Part shown: positions 45,417 to 57,721 of the stretch, piece after piece
Layout: each line of letters begins with the position of its first letter
Numbering within the stretch: the stretch's first letter is position 1
Origin: Bacillota bacterium
GTDB taxonomy: Bacteria > Bacillota > Dethiobacteria > DTU022
DNA length: 62,651 nucleotides
Assembly (NCBI GenBank): GCA_012840855.1
Contig: DUVX01000150.1
Location: 1 to 62,651 of the forward strand
Direction of reading: 5' to 3'
Translations under genes and position numbers: made by a program
Notes under the pieces: generated by a model
The model's input: the letters and a program-made list of their open reading frames with translations, nothing else
The model's database searches: none
What the model was told of the DNA's origin: nothing

Positions 45417-46286
45417 ATGGTCCAAAAAGAGACTATCCAGGTCGTTTTAATTACCGGGCTTTCCGGAGCGGGCAAAAGCGTGGCGATCAACTGCTTCGAA
45501 GATCTCGGCTTCTTCTGCGTGGACAATTTGCCGCCTGTTTTTATCCCTAAATTCGCCGAACTCTGTCTCCAGTCGGGGGGAAAGATCAGCAAGGTCGCCC
45601 TTGTTTGCGACATGCGCGGGGGCGCTTTTTTCAATGACCTTTTCGAGGCGCTTCTCGAGCTCGAGGGAAAAGAGATCAACCACGAGATCCTTTTTCTCGA
45701 GGCGAGCGATGAGATCTTGCTGCGTCGCTTTAAGGAGACCCGTAGGCGCCATCCCCTTTCCGAGACAGGGCTGCTCGAAGCGATCCAGGAAGAAAGAAGC
45801 GCCCTGGGCGAGTTAAAAGGTAAAGCGGACAAAGTGATCGATACCTCTGGGCTGACCCCGCGGGAGCTGAAAAAAAAGATTTTTGAGATCTACGAGCCCG
45901 GACGGCGGGAGAGAGGCATGCCTGTTTTACTGGTCAGCTTTGGATTCAAATACGGAGTGCCCCTCGATGCAGACCTGGTTTTCGATGTCCGTTTTCTGCC
46001 CAACCCGCATTACGTAGAGCATCTTCGCCCCCTGACAGGGGAAGATGCTCCCGTCAAAAAATATCTATGGCAGAAAAAAGTCACCCAGAGGTATTTTCAG
46101 AAGCTGCTCGATCTGCTCAAGTTCACCATACCCCACTATGCCCGTGAGGGTAAAGTACAGCTGGTTGTGGCGATCGGCTGTACCGGGGGAAAACACCGCT
46201 CCGTGGCCCTCGCCAGGGAGCTGGGACGGGTTCTGTCCCGCCGAAACCGGGTTTATATCGAACACCGGGATATTGATAAGGATTAA
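45417..46286 (+). CDS. rapZ: RNase adapter / nucleotide-binding protein RapZ (YvcJ)
   Basis: VLITGLSGAGKS Walker A; C-terminal ...IGCTGGKHRSVA... Confidence 0.9.
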   Translation: MVQKETIQVVLITGLSGAGKSVAINCFEDLGFFCVDNLPPVFIPKFAELCLQSGGKISKVALVCDMRGGAFFNDLFEALLELEGKEINHEILFLEASDEILLRRFKETRRRHPLSETGLLEAIQEERSALGELKGKADKVIDTSGLTPRELKKKIFEIYEPGRRERGMPVLLVSFGFKYGVPLDADLVFDVRFLPNPHYVEHLRPLTGEDAPVKKYLWQKKVTQRYFQKLLDLLKFTIPHYAREGKVQLVVAIGCTGGKHRSVALARELGRVLSRRNRVYIEHRDIDKD

Positions 46287-46342
46287 CGGCAGCAACCAAC
46301 TCATGGCGGCAGGCTTTTTACCGAAGGGGGAGATCGCGTTCA

Positions 46343-47296
46343 ATGTCATTTTCCCAGCAGGTTAAGCTGGAGCTCGTTCGCCAGCCGCAAAAGAACCGCT
46401 GCTGCAGCCGGGCGGAGCTGACCGCCTTCATGCTGTTGCGCGGTTACCTCACCATCAGAAGCCGCGAATATATCCTCAGCGTCGGGGTGGAGCATACAGC
46501 TCTGGCCCGTTACCTGTTCCGCCTGCTCAAGGCCGTCGGTACCGGCTCGCCGGAGGTATCGAAAAAACAGATACAGCGGTTGGGGCTGAGGCGTTACCAG
46601 GTGCAGGTGGCGGGCTGGGGGAAAATCGACGCTCTTCTGCATACTCTGGGTCTGAAAAGCAGCACCCTGCCACGGCGGCTATCCAGGGGCCCCTCCCTGG
46701 TACCGCCACAGCGCTGTTGCCGGCGCGCCTTTATCAGGGGCGCTTTTCTAGCCGGGGGTTCACTGAATACACCCACCGGCTCCGGCTACCACCTGGAGAT
46801 CAATTGCGGCTCGCGCGATGATGCCGCGCTCCTCCAGAGCTGCCTGAAGGAGCTTTCGATCAGCGCTTCTTACCGGTGCCGGCGGGGAAGCTACTATCTC
46901 TACCTGAAAAAAGCAGAAACAATCGCTGATTTTTTGAGGGTAATCGGCGCTGACAGCGCCCTTTTGCAGCTGGAAAGCGTTCGTGTCATCAGGAGCATGC
47001 GCAACCAGGTCAACCGCCTGGTAAACTGCGACACGGCCAATCTGGAAAAGGTAGTGGCATCTGCCCAGCAGCAACTTCTCTTGCTCGAGCGGCTGGAGCG
47101 CTGTTATGGTCTGAAAAACCTGCCGCCCCCGCTGCGGGAGATTGCGATGATGCGGCGCCGCTATCCCGAAGCTTCGCTGAGGGAGCTGGGACGGCTCTGT
47201 GAGCCGCCGCTGAGCAAATCGGCGGTGAACCACCGCTTCAGGAGGTTGGCGGCGCTGGAGCGAGAAGAGCGCCGGGCTACAGGTCAAAATTTATAG
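46343..47296 (+). CDS. whiA: DNA-binding protein WhiA
   Basis: MSFSQQVKLELV..., LAGLIDADG-derived core, C-terminal HTH ...LSKSAVNHRFRRL... Confidence 0.9.
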   Translation: MSFSQQVKLELVRQPQKNRCCSRAELTAFMLLRGYLTIRSREYILSVGVEHTALARYLFRLLKAVGTGSPEVSKKQIQRLGLRRYQVQVAGWGKIDALLHTLGLKSSTLPRRLSRGPSLVPPQRCCRRAFIRGAFLAGGSLNTPTGSGYHLEINCGSRDDAALLQSCLKELSISASYRCRRGSYYLYLKKAETIADFLRVIGADSALLQLESVRVIRSMRNQVNRLVNCDTANLEKVVASAQQQLLLLERLERCYGLKNLPPPLREIAMMRRRYPEASLRELGRLCEPPLSKSAVNHRFRRLAALEREERRATGQNL

Positions 47297-47343
47297 AACG
47301 ACGCATAGACTAACTCAAAGGCCGGCGGAGTTAAGGGGTGGAT

Positions 47344-47414
47344 CTTGTCGAAAGAAGGCTTTTTATGGCGAGGGTAATTTTGTAAAGCAGGGAATTGTCA
47401 AACACTTGTCGAAA
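47344..47414 (+). promoter_or_regulatory. two identical CTTGTCGAAA decamers (perfect Spo0A '0A box' TGTCGAA) plus a TGTCAAA half-match upstream of rpoN
   Basis: Copies at 47344-47353 and 47405-47414, with the variant at 47396-47402. All lie in the 132-141-nt whiA-rpoN spacer. Confidence 0.3.
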
Positions 47415-47437
47415 TTAACCACCGGGAAGTGAGCACC

Positions 47438-48832
47438 ATGCAGCTTGATCAACGGCTTAAAATAGAGCAGACCCAGAAGCTGATTATAACCCCGGAGCTA
47501 AAGCTGGCCATTACCCTGCTGCAGTACTCCAACCTGGAACTGCAGGACTATATCCAGGAGGAACTGCTGAGAAATCCGGTGCTGGAGCTGGGGGAAAGCG
47601 AACCGGCGGGAGAGGAAGAGCCTGCTGAGGAAGAAAGCGAAGACGATTTCCCCTGGGAAGAATATTTTCAGGATCTGGATTTAGGGGGAACCGGGGCTGC
47701 TCCCCTCTCCGGCAACAGGGATTGGAGCGATTTTCCAACGATGGACAGCTACGCCGGCTCCCCGGAGTCGCTGACCGAAGATCTGCTCGGCCAGCTGCGC
47801 CTGTTGCCGCTTTCGCCCCGCCGCTATCGCCTCGCCGCTTATCTGATCGAAAATCTTGATCACAGAGGGTACCTCGGCAGCGATCTGGAGGAGCTGGCCG
47901 CTGCGGTGGGGGCCCCCATGGAAGAGATAGAAGAGGCTCTGTTGACAGTGCAGGGCCTGGAGCCTACGGGTATCGGCTCGCGTAATCTCCAGGAATGCCT
48001 CCTGCTACAGCTCTCCAGCCGGCCAGCCCCGCCGCCGCTCGCTTTTGAGATCGTCAAAGGATATCTCCCGGCCATAGCTGATGGACGTTATCGCCATATC
48101 GCCGCCGCTCTCGATTGCACCATCAGGGAGGTGCAGGAGACGGCCGACTATATCCGCACCCTCAATCCCAAGCCCGGCTCCGCATTCGGCGGCGCCTTGC
48201 AGACTAGATATGTAGTCCCCGATATTCATGTGGAAAAAGTCGAAAACAGGTATGTGGTGCTGTTGAATGACAGCCTCAGTCCCCGGCTGAGGATCAGCTC
48301 CTACTACCAGCAGCTGTTTAAAAGTAGAGCCACCGACGAAGAACTTTCCCTTTATATAAAAAACAACCTCGACAAGGCCTCCTGGCTCCTGCGCAGCATC
48401 GAACAGCGCCGTCTTACCATATATCGGGTCGCCCAGCAGATTGTAGAGATCCAGCAGCCTTTTCTAGATTACGGGATCAGAGAGCTTAAACCGCTCACCC
48501 TGAAGGATGTTGCCGGGGCCATCGGGGTTCACGAATCCACGGTGAGCCGGGCTTCAGCAAACAAATATATGCAAACGCCGCGCGGGCTCTTTCCATTAAA
48601 ATATTTTTTCTCCAGCAGCCTTTCAGGTGAAGATGGTGAAAATTACTCCTCCCATAGCATTAAAAGTTACCTGCAGGAGCTGATCGAGGATGAAGATCCG
48701 CAAGATCCCTTCAGTGATCGGCAGCTGACGGATTTTTTGGTAGAAAAAGGGGTCACCATCTCCCGGCGCACTGTGGCCAAATATCGTGAAGAGCTCTCCA
48801 TCCCCGCATCGCACCGTCGCCGCCGTCACTAG
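47438..48832 (+). CDS. rpoN: RNA polymerase sigma-54 factor
   Basis: Region I MQLDQRLKIEQTQKLIITPELKLAITLLQ, an acidic region II, and RpoN box ...ISRRTVAKYREEL... The start is ATG 47438 or GTG 47429. Confidence 0.9.
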   Translation: MQLDQRLKIEQTQKLIITPELKLAITLLQYSNLELQDYIQEELLRNPVLELGESEPAGEEEPAEEESEDDFPWEEYFQDLDLGGTGAAPLSGNRDWSDFPTMDSYAGSPESLTEDLLGQLRLLPLSPRRYRLAAYLIENLDHRGYLGSDLEELAAAVGAPMEEIEEALLTVQGLEPTGIGSRNLQECLLLQLSSRPAPPPLAFEIVKGYLPAIADGRYRHIAAALDCTIREVQETADYIRTLNPKPGSAFGGALQTRYVVPDIHVEKVENRYVVLLNDSLSPRLRISSYYQQLFKSRATDEELSLYIKNNLDKASWLLRSIEQRRLTIYRVAQQIVEIQQPFLDYGIRELKPLTLKDVAGAIGVHESTVSRASANKYMQTPRGLFPLKYFFSSSLSGEDGENYSSHSIKSYLQELIEDEDPQDPFSDRQLTDFLVEKGVTISRRTVAKYREELSIPASHRRRRH

Positions 48833-49095
48833 CCCCCCGGAGTCTGTCCTGGACCCGGGCGCTGCCGATAACTCCGCAGAGACGTCCGCTCCTCCTATCG
48901 CTGTAAAGAAGCTCCCCTTTCCCATTGTTGCGCCATAACGTTTTTGCAGTTATCTCTGGCGGGGCAAGGCCATTTACATTTCTGCCCGTGGCACTGCGCC
49001 GAGCAGGTGCAAACCCTGCAGGGCGTTTAAAGATTAATTTTGTGGTAGAATAATGAATATCAAAGAAATATAGCCCAAGGGATGGTGAGCGGTGG

Positions 49096-50277
49096 ATGAA
49101 ATTGAGCGTGGCCGACGTTGCGGTAAAGGGGAAAAGAGTGCTTCTGCGGGTTGATTTTAACGTTCCCCTCTCCGGGGAGCGTGTTGTCGACGACACTCGC
49201 ATCCGGGCAGCTTTACCGACCATAACCGATCTGCTTAAAAGAGGGGCCCGCCTGATCTTAGCGACCCATCTGGGGCGGCCCGGTGGCGAGATCAGGCCGG
49301 AGCTACGCCTCGATCCCGTGGCGGCCCGTCTTTCTGAGCTGCTGGGGCGTCCGGTCTGCAAGGTGGATGAGGTTGTAGGCCGGGAGGTGGAGGAAGCGGT
49401 AAGGGGCCTGGCGGAGGGGGAAGTGTTGATGCTGGAAAATATCCGTTTCGAACAGGGCGAAGAGGCTAACGACCCCGATTTTGCCCGTCTGTTGGCGCAA
49501 TTGGCCGATCTATTTGTCAACGATGCCTTCGGAACCGCTCATCGCGCCCATGCTTCCACCGCCGGAGTGGCTGAATATATCCCCGCTGTGGCGGGGTTGT
49601 TAATGATCCGGGAGATAGAGGTCCTTTCCCGCTGCCTGGAGCAGCCGGCACGGCCCCTGGCGGCGATCCTTGGGGGGGCCAAAGTATCCGATAAACTGCA
49701 GGTGCTTCACCGCTTCCTCGAGCTCACCGACACCTTGCTTATCGGTGGCGGCATGGCCAACACCTTTCTCGCCGCCCTCGAATGTCCTCTGGGAGACTCA
49801 TTTTATGAGGAAGATTCCCTGGAAGACGCCAGGGATATTCTCGAGGCCAGCGAGGACAGCAACTGCTGCCTGCAGCTCCCGGTAGACTTGACCGTTACCC
49901 GGGAGCTAAAACCGCACAGCCCCTTTAAAAACGTAGCTGTGGGGGAGGTTGCCGAAGGGTGGAAAGCCGTTGATATCGGCCCCGAGACCGCCTCCCTTTA
50001 TAGCGATATCGTTGCGGAGGCCGGCACGATCCTTTGGAACGGTCCGTTGGGCGTCTTTGAGACCGCTCCATTTCACCGGGGCACTGAAAAGGTTGCCCGC
50101 GCCGTAGCCGGCAGCAGGGCTTTCTCCATCGTCGGCGGTGGAGATATTGTCGCCGCCCTCGAGGGTTTCGGTCTCGCCGATGAGATCGGTTTTATCTCCA
50201 CCGGAGGCGGCGCCACATTGAAACTTTGGGAAGGGGCCGCCCTTCCCGGCATAGAGGTTCTTCAGGATAAAGAGTAA
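49096..50277 (+). CDS. pgk: phosphoglycerate kinase
   Basis: ...KGKRVLLRVDFNVP..., ...GGGDIVAA... Gene order pgk-tpiA-gpmI-eno. Confidence 0.95.
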   Translation: MKLSVADVAVKGKRVLLRVDFNVPLSGERVVDDTRIRAALPTITDLLKRGARLILATHLGRPGGEIRPELRLDPVAARLSELLGRPVCKVDEVVGREVEEAVRGLAEGEVLMLENIRFEQGEEANDPDFARLLAQLADLFVNDAFGTAHRAHASTAGVAEYIPAVAGLLMIREIEVLSRCLEQPARPLAAILGGAKVSDKLQVLHRFLELTDTLLIGGGMANTFLAALECPLGDSFYEEDSLEDARDILEASEDSNCCLQLPVDLTVTRELKPHSPFKNVAVGEVAEGWKAVDIGPETASLYSDIVAEAGTILWNGPLGVFETAPFHRGTEKVARAVAGSRAFSIVGGGDIVAALEGFGLADEIGFISTGGGATLKLWEGAALPGIEVLQDKE

Positions 50278-50307
50278 CAAAAAATATGAGAAGGAGAGGA
50301 TTGGACC

Positions 50308-51068
50308 ATGAAGCTGATCATCGCCGCCAACTGGAAGATGCATAAAACAGCGGCCGAGACTGTCTCTTTCTGCAACAGCTTAAAATTGAGGGAAAAAGAA
50401 TTTAGCGGGGTGGAGGTACTGCTCTGTCCACCCTATACTGCCCTTTCGGCAGCGGCGGCTGCCCTGAAGGGAAGTGCCATCAAGCTGGGAGCGCAAAATA
50501 TGTCCTGGGAGACAGAGGGCGCCTACACTGGAGAGATCGCTGCACCCATGCTCAAGGAATTTGGGGTGACCCATGTGATCCTCGGCCACTCTGAGCGCCG
50601 CCATATCTTCGGCGAAGCGGACAACGTGATCCGGAAGAAACTCGAACAGGCGCTTCGTTTCGGGCTGATCCCCATTCTCTGTGTGGGCGAAACCGGAGAG
50701 CAGCGCAGCGGCGGCGATACCGCTGCCGTCCTGGAGAGCCAGCTGCGGGCGGCTCTGGAGGGCCTTGATCGGGAAAGCATCGCAGAGCTGATCATCGCTT
50801 ACGAACCGGTTTGGGCTATCGGTACGGGGCAGGCGGCTTCACCCACCGATGCCGCCGATGCCGCTTCCCTGGTGCGCTCAGCGGCCGAAAAGTTGTTGGG
50901 CGGTGCCATGGAGGGTGCCCTAAGGGTGCAATATGGCGGCAGCGTCAACGCCGGCAATATTGATGGATTTGTCACCCTTCCCCCGGTAAACGGTGCTCTC
51001 GTGGGCGGAGCCAGCCTGGCGGTAGATACCTTCGCCGATCTGATCAAAGCGGCGGGGGAGGCGGCCGA

Positions 51069-51075
<7 letters not shown>
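50308..51075 (+). CDS. tpiA: triose-phosphate isomerase
   Basis: IAANWKMHK, ILGHSERR, AYEPVWAIGTG. Confidence 0.95.
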
Positions 51076-53898
<2,823 letters not shown>

Positions 53899-53976
53899 CG
53901 GTGGGGACAATTTGCCCGGCCTCTCATTCTGTGTTAAAATGAACGTGGATTTTGTTTATTTGCGGGGGTGGCAACA

Positions 53977-54201
53977 ATGCTGATCAAGGTGCTGACGGCG
54001 CTCTATGTTCTCGTCTGCCTGGGGTTGATCGTTACGGTGCTGCTGCAATCGGGGCGCAGCGCCAGCCTGGGAGTGATCGAGGGCGGTGCCCAGAGCCTTT
54101 TTGGCAAGAAAAAAGGGCTTGATGAAAAGCTGGGCCAGGTGACCACCTATCTGGCGATAGTGTTTATGCTGTTTACAATTGTGCTGACAATTATACGGTA
54201 A
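53977..54201 (+). CDS. secG: preprotein translocase subunit SecG
   Basis: 74-aa protein with two TM segments and ...VLLQSGRSA... Position is directly after eno. ATG 53977 is preferred over GTG 53968. Confidence 0.85.
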   Translation: MLIKVLTALYVLVCLGLIVTVLLQSGRSASLGVIEGGAQSLFGKKKGLDEKLGQVTTYLAIVFMLFTIVLTIIR

Positions 54202-54347
54202 AACCTTTATTCTTTGCGGTGGAGATAAGGGAGCGGGGTACCAACCTGCTCCTTTGTTGTTAATAGACCGCTTTCTTTTACTTTGCCGCCGCCGGGGGTA
54301 TAATGTAAACATGTTCTTAATTAAGTAATATTTTGGAGGAGAGACTT

Positions 54348-54899
54348 ATGAAGCGCGAAGAAGCGTTAAGTTTGGTCAAGGAAGAGGTAAAAAATAAAAA
54401 CCTGCTCAAGCATATGCTGGCCGTTGAAGCGGTGATGCGCCGCCTCGCCGGGGAACTGGGCGAGGACGAGGAGCTCTGGGCTCTTGCCGGGCTCCTGCAT
54501 GATCTCGATTACGATAAGACGGTCGATAATCCCGAGCAGCATGGCCTTCTGGGAGCGCAGATCCTGGAAGAAAGGGGTTTGCCGGAAGCGCTGATCCAGG
54601 CGGTGAAGGCCCACAATCCCGCTCTCGGTGTGGAGAGGCGGACACCGATGGATAAGGCCCTTTACGCCGCCGATCCCGTTACCGGGCTTTTGGTAGCGGC
54701 GGCTCTGGTGCATCCGCAGAAGAAATTGGCTGCCATCGATCTGGAATTTGTGATGAAGCGATTTAAAGAAAAAAGTTTTGCCCGCGGCGCTGACCGGGGG
54801 CAGATCGAGACTTGCCGCGAGTTGAATCTCTCCCTCGAGCAGTTTTTAGCTCTGAGCCTGGAGGCGATGCAGTCCATTGCGGCAGATCTGGGGCTGTAA
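54348..54899 (+). CDS. HD/HDIG-domain phosphohydrolase
   Basis: ...HMLAVEAVMR..., LLHDLDY. ATG 54348 lies after GGAGGAG. Confidence 0.8.
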   Translation: MKREEALSLVKEEVKNKNLLKHMLAVEAVMRRLAGELGEDEELWALAGLLHDLDYDKTVDNPEQHGLLGAQILEERGLPEALIQAVKAHNPALGVERRTPMDKALYAADPVTGLLVAAALVHPQKKLAAIDLEFVMKRFKEKSFARGADRGQIETCRELNLSLEQFLALSLEAMQSIAADLGL

Positions 54900-54907
54900 A
54901 AACAACG

Positions 54908-57064
54908 ATGAGATCTAGAAAAAAGAAACCCAATTCGATACCCGGGCTGCAGGACAGAATCGTGCAGGTACTGTCGGCCCATCGCCGGCGTTCCCTGGCT
55001 CTGCCGCAGCTGCTGAGATCCCTGGGCTTGCGGAAAGAGGAAAGAAATGTGCTTTCAGAGCAGCTGCAACTAATGCAGTCCGCAGGGCTGCTGGTCAAAA
55101 CAGGGCAGGGGCGCTATGGCCTGCCCCGCCGGCTGAAGTGCGTCACCGGAGTTCTTGAGGGAAACCGCAAGGGGTACGCTTTTCTCAGGCCCGATCTTGA
55201 ACAAAACGGGGATGTATTTATCGGCCCGCGCAGCCTCAATGGCGCGGTTCATGGCGACCGTGTTCTGGTGCGCCTGCTCTCACCGGGCGGCCGTCCCAAC
55301 CGCGAGGGTGAAGTAATAAGTGTCCTGGGGCGGGGCTGCCGGCAGCTCATCGGGACCCTAGAGCAGCGGGGTAAAAGATATTTTGTCGTACCCGACGACA
55401 GCCGTCTCGGCCGGACGGTGGAGCTCTCGCGCGGCTTGAAGAAGGCCCGTCCGGGAGAGAAGGTGGTTGTGCGGATAGATTCCTGGCAGAAGGGGAAGCG
55501 CCCTACCTGCGGCCACCTTATCGAGCGGATCGGGAAGGCGGGCACGGCGCAGACAGAGCGGCTCCTTTTTGACCGGCAGCATGAACTGCCCGACAAATTT
55601 CCACCGGCCGCGCTTCGTGAACTGGGCACGCTCCCACCTGCGGAGGCGATCGGCAAGATCGCCGCTGCTGAAAAACGGGCCGATCTGCGTAGCTTGCCAG
55701 CAGTCACTATCGACGGGGCCGGGGCAAAAGATTTTGATGATGCTGTTTCATTGGAAACTTTACCGAAGGGCGGCTACCGGCTGGGGGTGCATATCGCCGA
55801 TGTTTCACATTATGTTTCCGAAGGGAGAGCGATCGACCGGGAAGCGCTGAAAAGAGGAACCAGCACCTATCTGGTGGAGCGGGCTGTGCATATGCTGCCG
55901 CCCCTGCTTTCGGAGGATCTTTGCAGCCTCAGAGCTGGCGAAGATCGCCTCGCCTTGAGCGCGCTCATCGATCTCTCCGCCGCTGGGGAGGTGCAGCGCT
56001 ACCGCTTCTGTTCCTCCCTGGTAAGGGTAGCCCGGCGCCTGACCTATCCGCAGGTGGAGGCTTACCTCACGAAGAGGAGCACACCAGGAAGCGATCGTTC
56101 ATTTCCCGGTGGAATGCTTGATCTGATGGACAGGCTGGCCACGCTGCTGCGGCAAAAGCGTATGCAGCGCGGCACCCTTGATCTCGATATCCCCGAGCCG
56201 CAGTTTATCCTCGATGAACAGGGCAATGTCATCGCCATAGAGCGACGCCGTCAGGGGCGCTCCGAATCGCTCATCGAGGAGTTCATGATCCTGACCAACG
56301 AGGTTGTCGCCGCTTATCTGACCGGCAAGGATCTGCCGTTGATCTACCGGATCCATGCCCAGCCCGCTGAAGAGAAGCTGGCGGCTCTGCGGGAGACGCT
56401 GCTCCTTCTAGGAGATGAAACCGCCGCCGCAGTGCGCCGCTTCAAACCGCATCATCTCAAGACCCTCCTGGAAAGATCCCGCGGCGAGGTCACAGAATCC
56501 CTGGTCCGTCAGCTGGTGCTGCGCTCCTTGCCACAGGCCCGCTACAGCATCGTCAACGAGGGCCACTTCGGGCTGGCTTCGCCCTGTTACTGCCATTTCA
56601 CCGCTCCCATCCGGCGCTATCCCGACCTGGTGGTGCACCGGATCCTGAAAGAGTCGCTACAGCCTGGAGGGCTTGGGAAAAAAAGGTTGGCCCAGCTACA
56701 GGCGCAGTTGCCGGCGACAGCAGATCATGTTTCGGAAAGAGAGCGGGCGGCGATGGAAGCGGAGCGGGCCAGTGAAGATCTTAAAAAGGCGGAGTATATG
56801 GAAAGTAAGGTAGGAGAGGTCTTCCCCGGGGTAATCAACGGCGTCACCGATTTCGGCCTCTTTGTGGAGCTGGAGAATACAGTTGAGGGGATGATTCCCC
56901 TGAGCGAGCTCACCGACGACTACTATATCTACCGGGAACGCTCAGCGGCGGTAGTGGGCGAGCGCACCCGTAAAACTTACCGGCTGGGCGATCCGATCCG
57001 GATCAGGGTAATCCGCGTAGACAGCGCCGCCGGGAAGATCACTTTCGGTCTGAAGGAAGATTGA
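54908..57064 (+). CDS. rnr: ribonuclease R
   Basis: RNB core (...AKDFDDAVS..., ...HFGLASPCYCHFTAPIRRYPD...) and a C-terminal S1 domain (GVINGVTDFGLFVEL). The track start at 54812 overlaps the HD gene; ATG 54908 follows its stop. Confidence 0.92.
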   Translation: MRSRKKKPNSIPGLQDRIVQVLSAHRRRSLALPQLLRSLGLRKEERNVLSEQLQLMQSAGLLVKTGQGRYGLPRRLKCVTGVLEGNRKGYAFLRPDLEQNGDVFIGPRSLNGAVHGDRVLVRLLSPGGRPNREGEVISVLGRGCRQLIGTLEQRGKRYFVVPDDSRLGRTVELSRGLKKARPGEKVVVRIDSWQKGKRPTCGHLIERIGKAGTAQTERLLFDRQHELPDKFPPAALRELGTLPPAEAIGKIAAAEKRADLRSLPAVTIDGAGAKDFDDAVSLETLPKGGYRLGVHIADVSHYVSEGRAIDREALKRGTSTYLVERAVHMLPPLLSEDLCSLRAGEDRLALSALIDLSAAGEVQRYRFCSSLVRVARRLTYPQVEAYLTKRSTPGSDRSFPGGMLDLMDRLATLLRQKRMQRGTLDLDIPEPQFILDEQGNVIAIERRRQGRSESLIEEFMILTNEVVAAYLTGKDLPLIYRIHAQPAEEKLAALRETLLLLGDETAAAVRRFKPHHLKTLLERSRGEVTESLVRQLVLRSLPQARYSIVNEGHFGLASPCYCHFTAPIRRYPDLVVHRILKESLQPGGLGKKRLAQLQAQLPATADHVSERERAAMEAERASEDLKKAEYMESKVGEVFPGVINGVTDFGLFVELENTVEGMIPLSELTDDYYIYRERSAAVVGERTRKTYRLGDPIRIRVIRVDSAAGKITFGLKED

Positions 57065-57121
57065 TCGTTTACTTCTCGCCGGGTTTTGGCTATAGTGGGA
57101 ATAGAAGGAGGGTTCAGAAAT

Positions 57122-57658
57122 ATGGATCTTTACGAAACATTGACCGGCAGGCGCAGTATCCGCAGGTATACGGAAGATCCCGTTTCCGACGAAGCGCTCC
57201 TGAAGGTGTTGGAGGCTGCCCGCATCGCCCCTTCCTGGGAGAACAGGCAGTGCTGGCGCTTTATCATCGTGCGTGAGCGCTCCGTCAAGGAGAAGCTGGC
57301 CGCCTCCCTGCCGGAGAGAAACCCCTGCCGAAGGGCCATCACCGCCGCCCCCATCGTTATCGTTCTCTGCGCCGATCCTGCGGCCTCAGGACAGCCCGAT
57401 GGGAAGGAATACTACCTGCTTGACGCCGGCCTGGCGATGCAGCAGTTGATGCTGGCCGCTCATGCCGAGGGCCTCGGCACCTGCTGGGTAGCCTGGTTCA
57501 AAGAGGCCGTCGCCAGGGAGGCCTGCAATGTGCCCGCCCCTTACCGCGTTGTTGCCCTCACCCCGCTGGGCGTACCCGCCCGCAGGCCCTCCCCCCGCCC
57601 GCGCAAAGCGCTGAGCGAGATCGTCTTTGCCGAGGAATGGGACCGTCCCCTCCCCTAA
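57122..57658 (+). CDS. nitroreductase-family flavoprotein
   Basis: MDLYETLTGRRSIRRY..., ...APSWENRQCWRF... GAAGGAGGG SD. Confidence 0.85.
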   Translation: MDLYETLTGRRSIRRYTEDPVSDEALLKVLEAARIAPSWENRQCWRFIIVRERSVKEKLAASLPERNPCRRAITAAPIVIVLCADPAASGQPDGKEYYLLDAGLAMQQLMLAAHAEGLGTCWVAWFKEAVAREACNVPAPYRVVALTPLGVPARRPSPRPRKALSEIVFAEEWDRPLP

Positions 57659-57721
57659 ATGCAACATTGGGGACGTACTTGTTTGTTGCATCCCAGCCAT
57701 CGCAGTGGAGCAGCGTTGGTG

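Noticed and set aside
48988-49006. TGGCAC (sigma-54 -24 element) upstream of pgk; other TGGCAC copies at about 15676, 17067, 19567 and 36789
   Set aside because: None is followed by TTGC(A/T) at the required 5-nt spacing, so I call no sigma-54 promoter.
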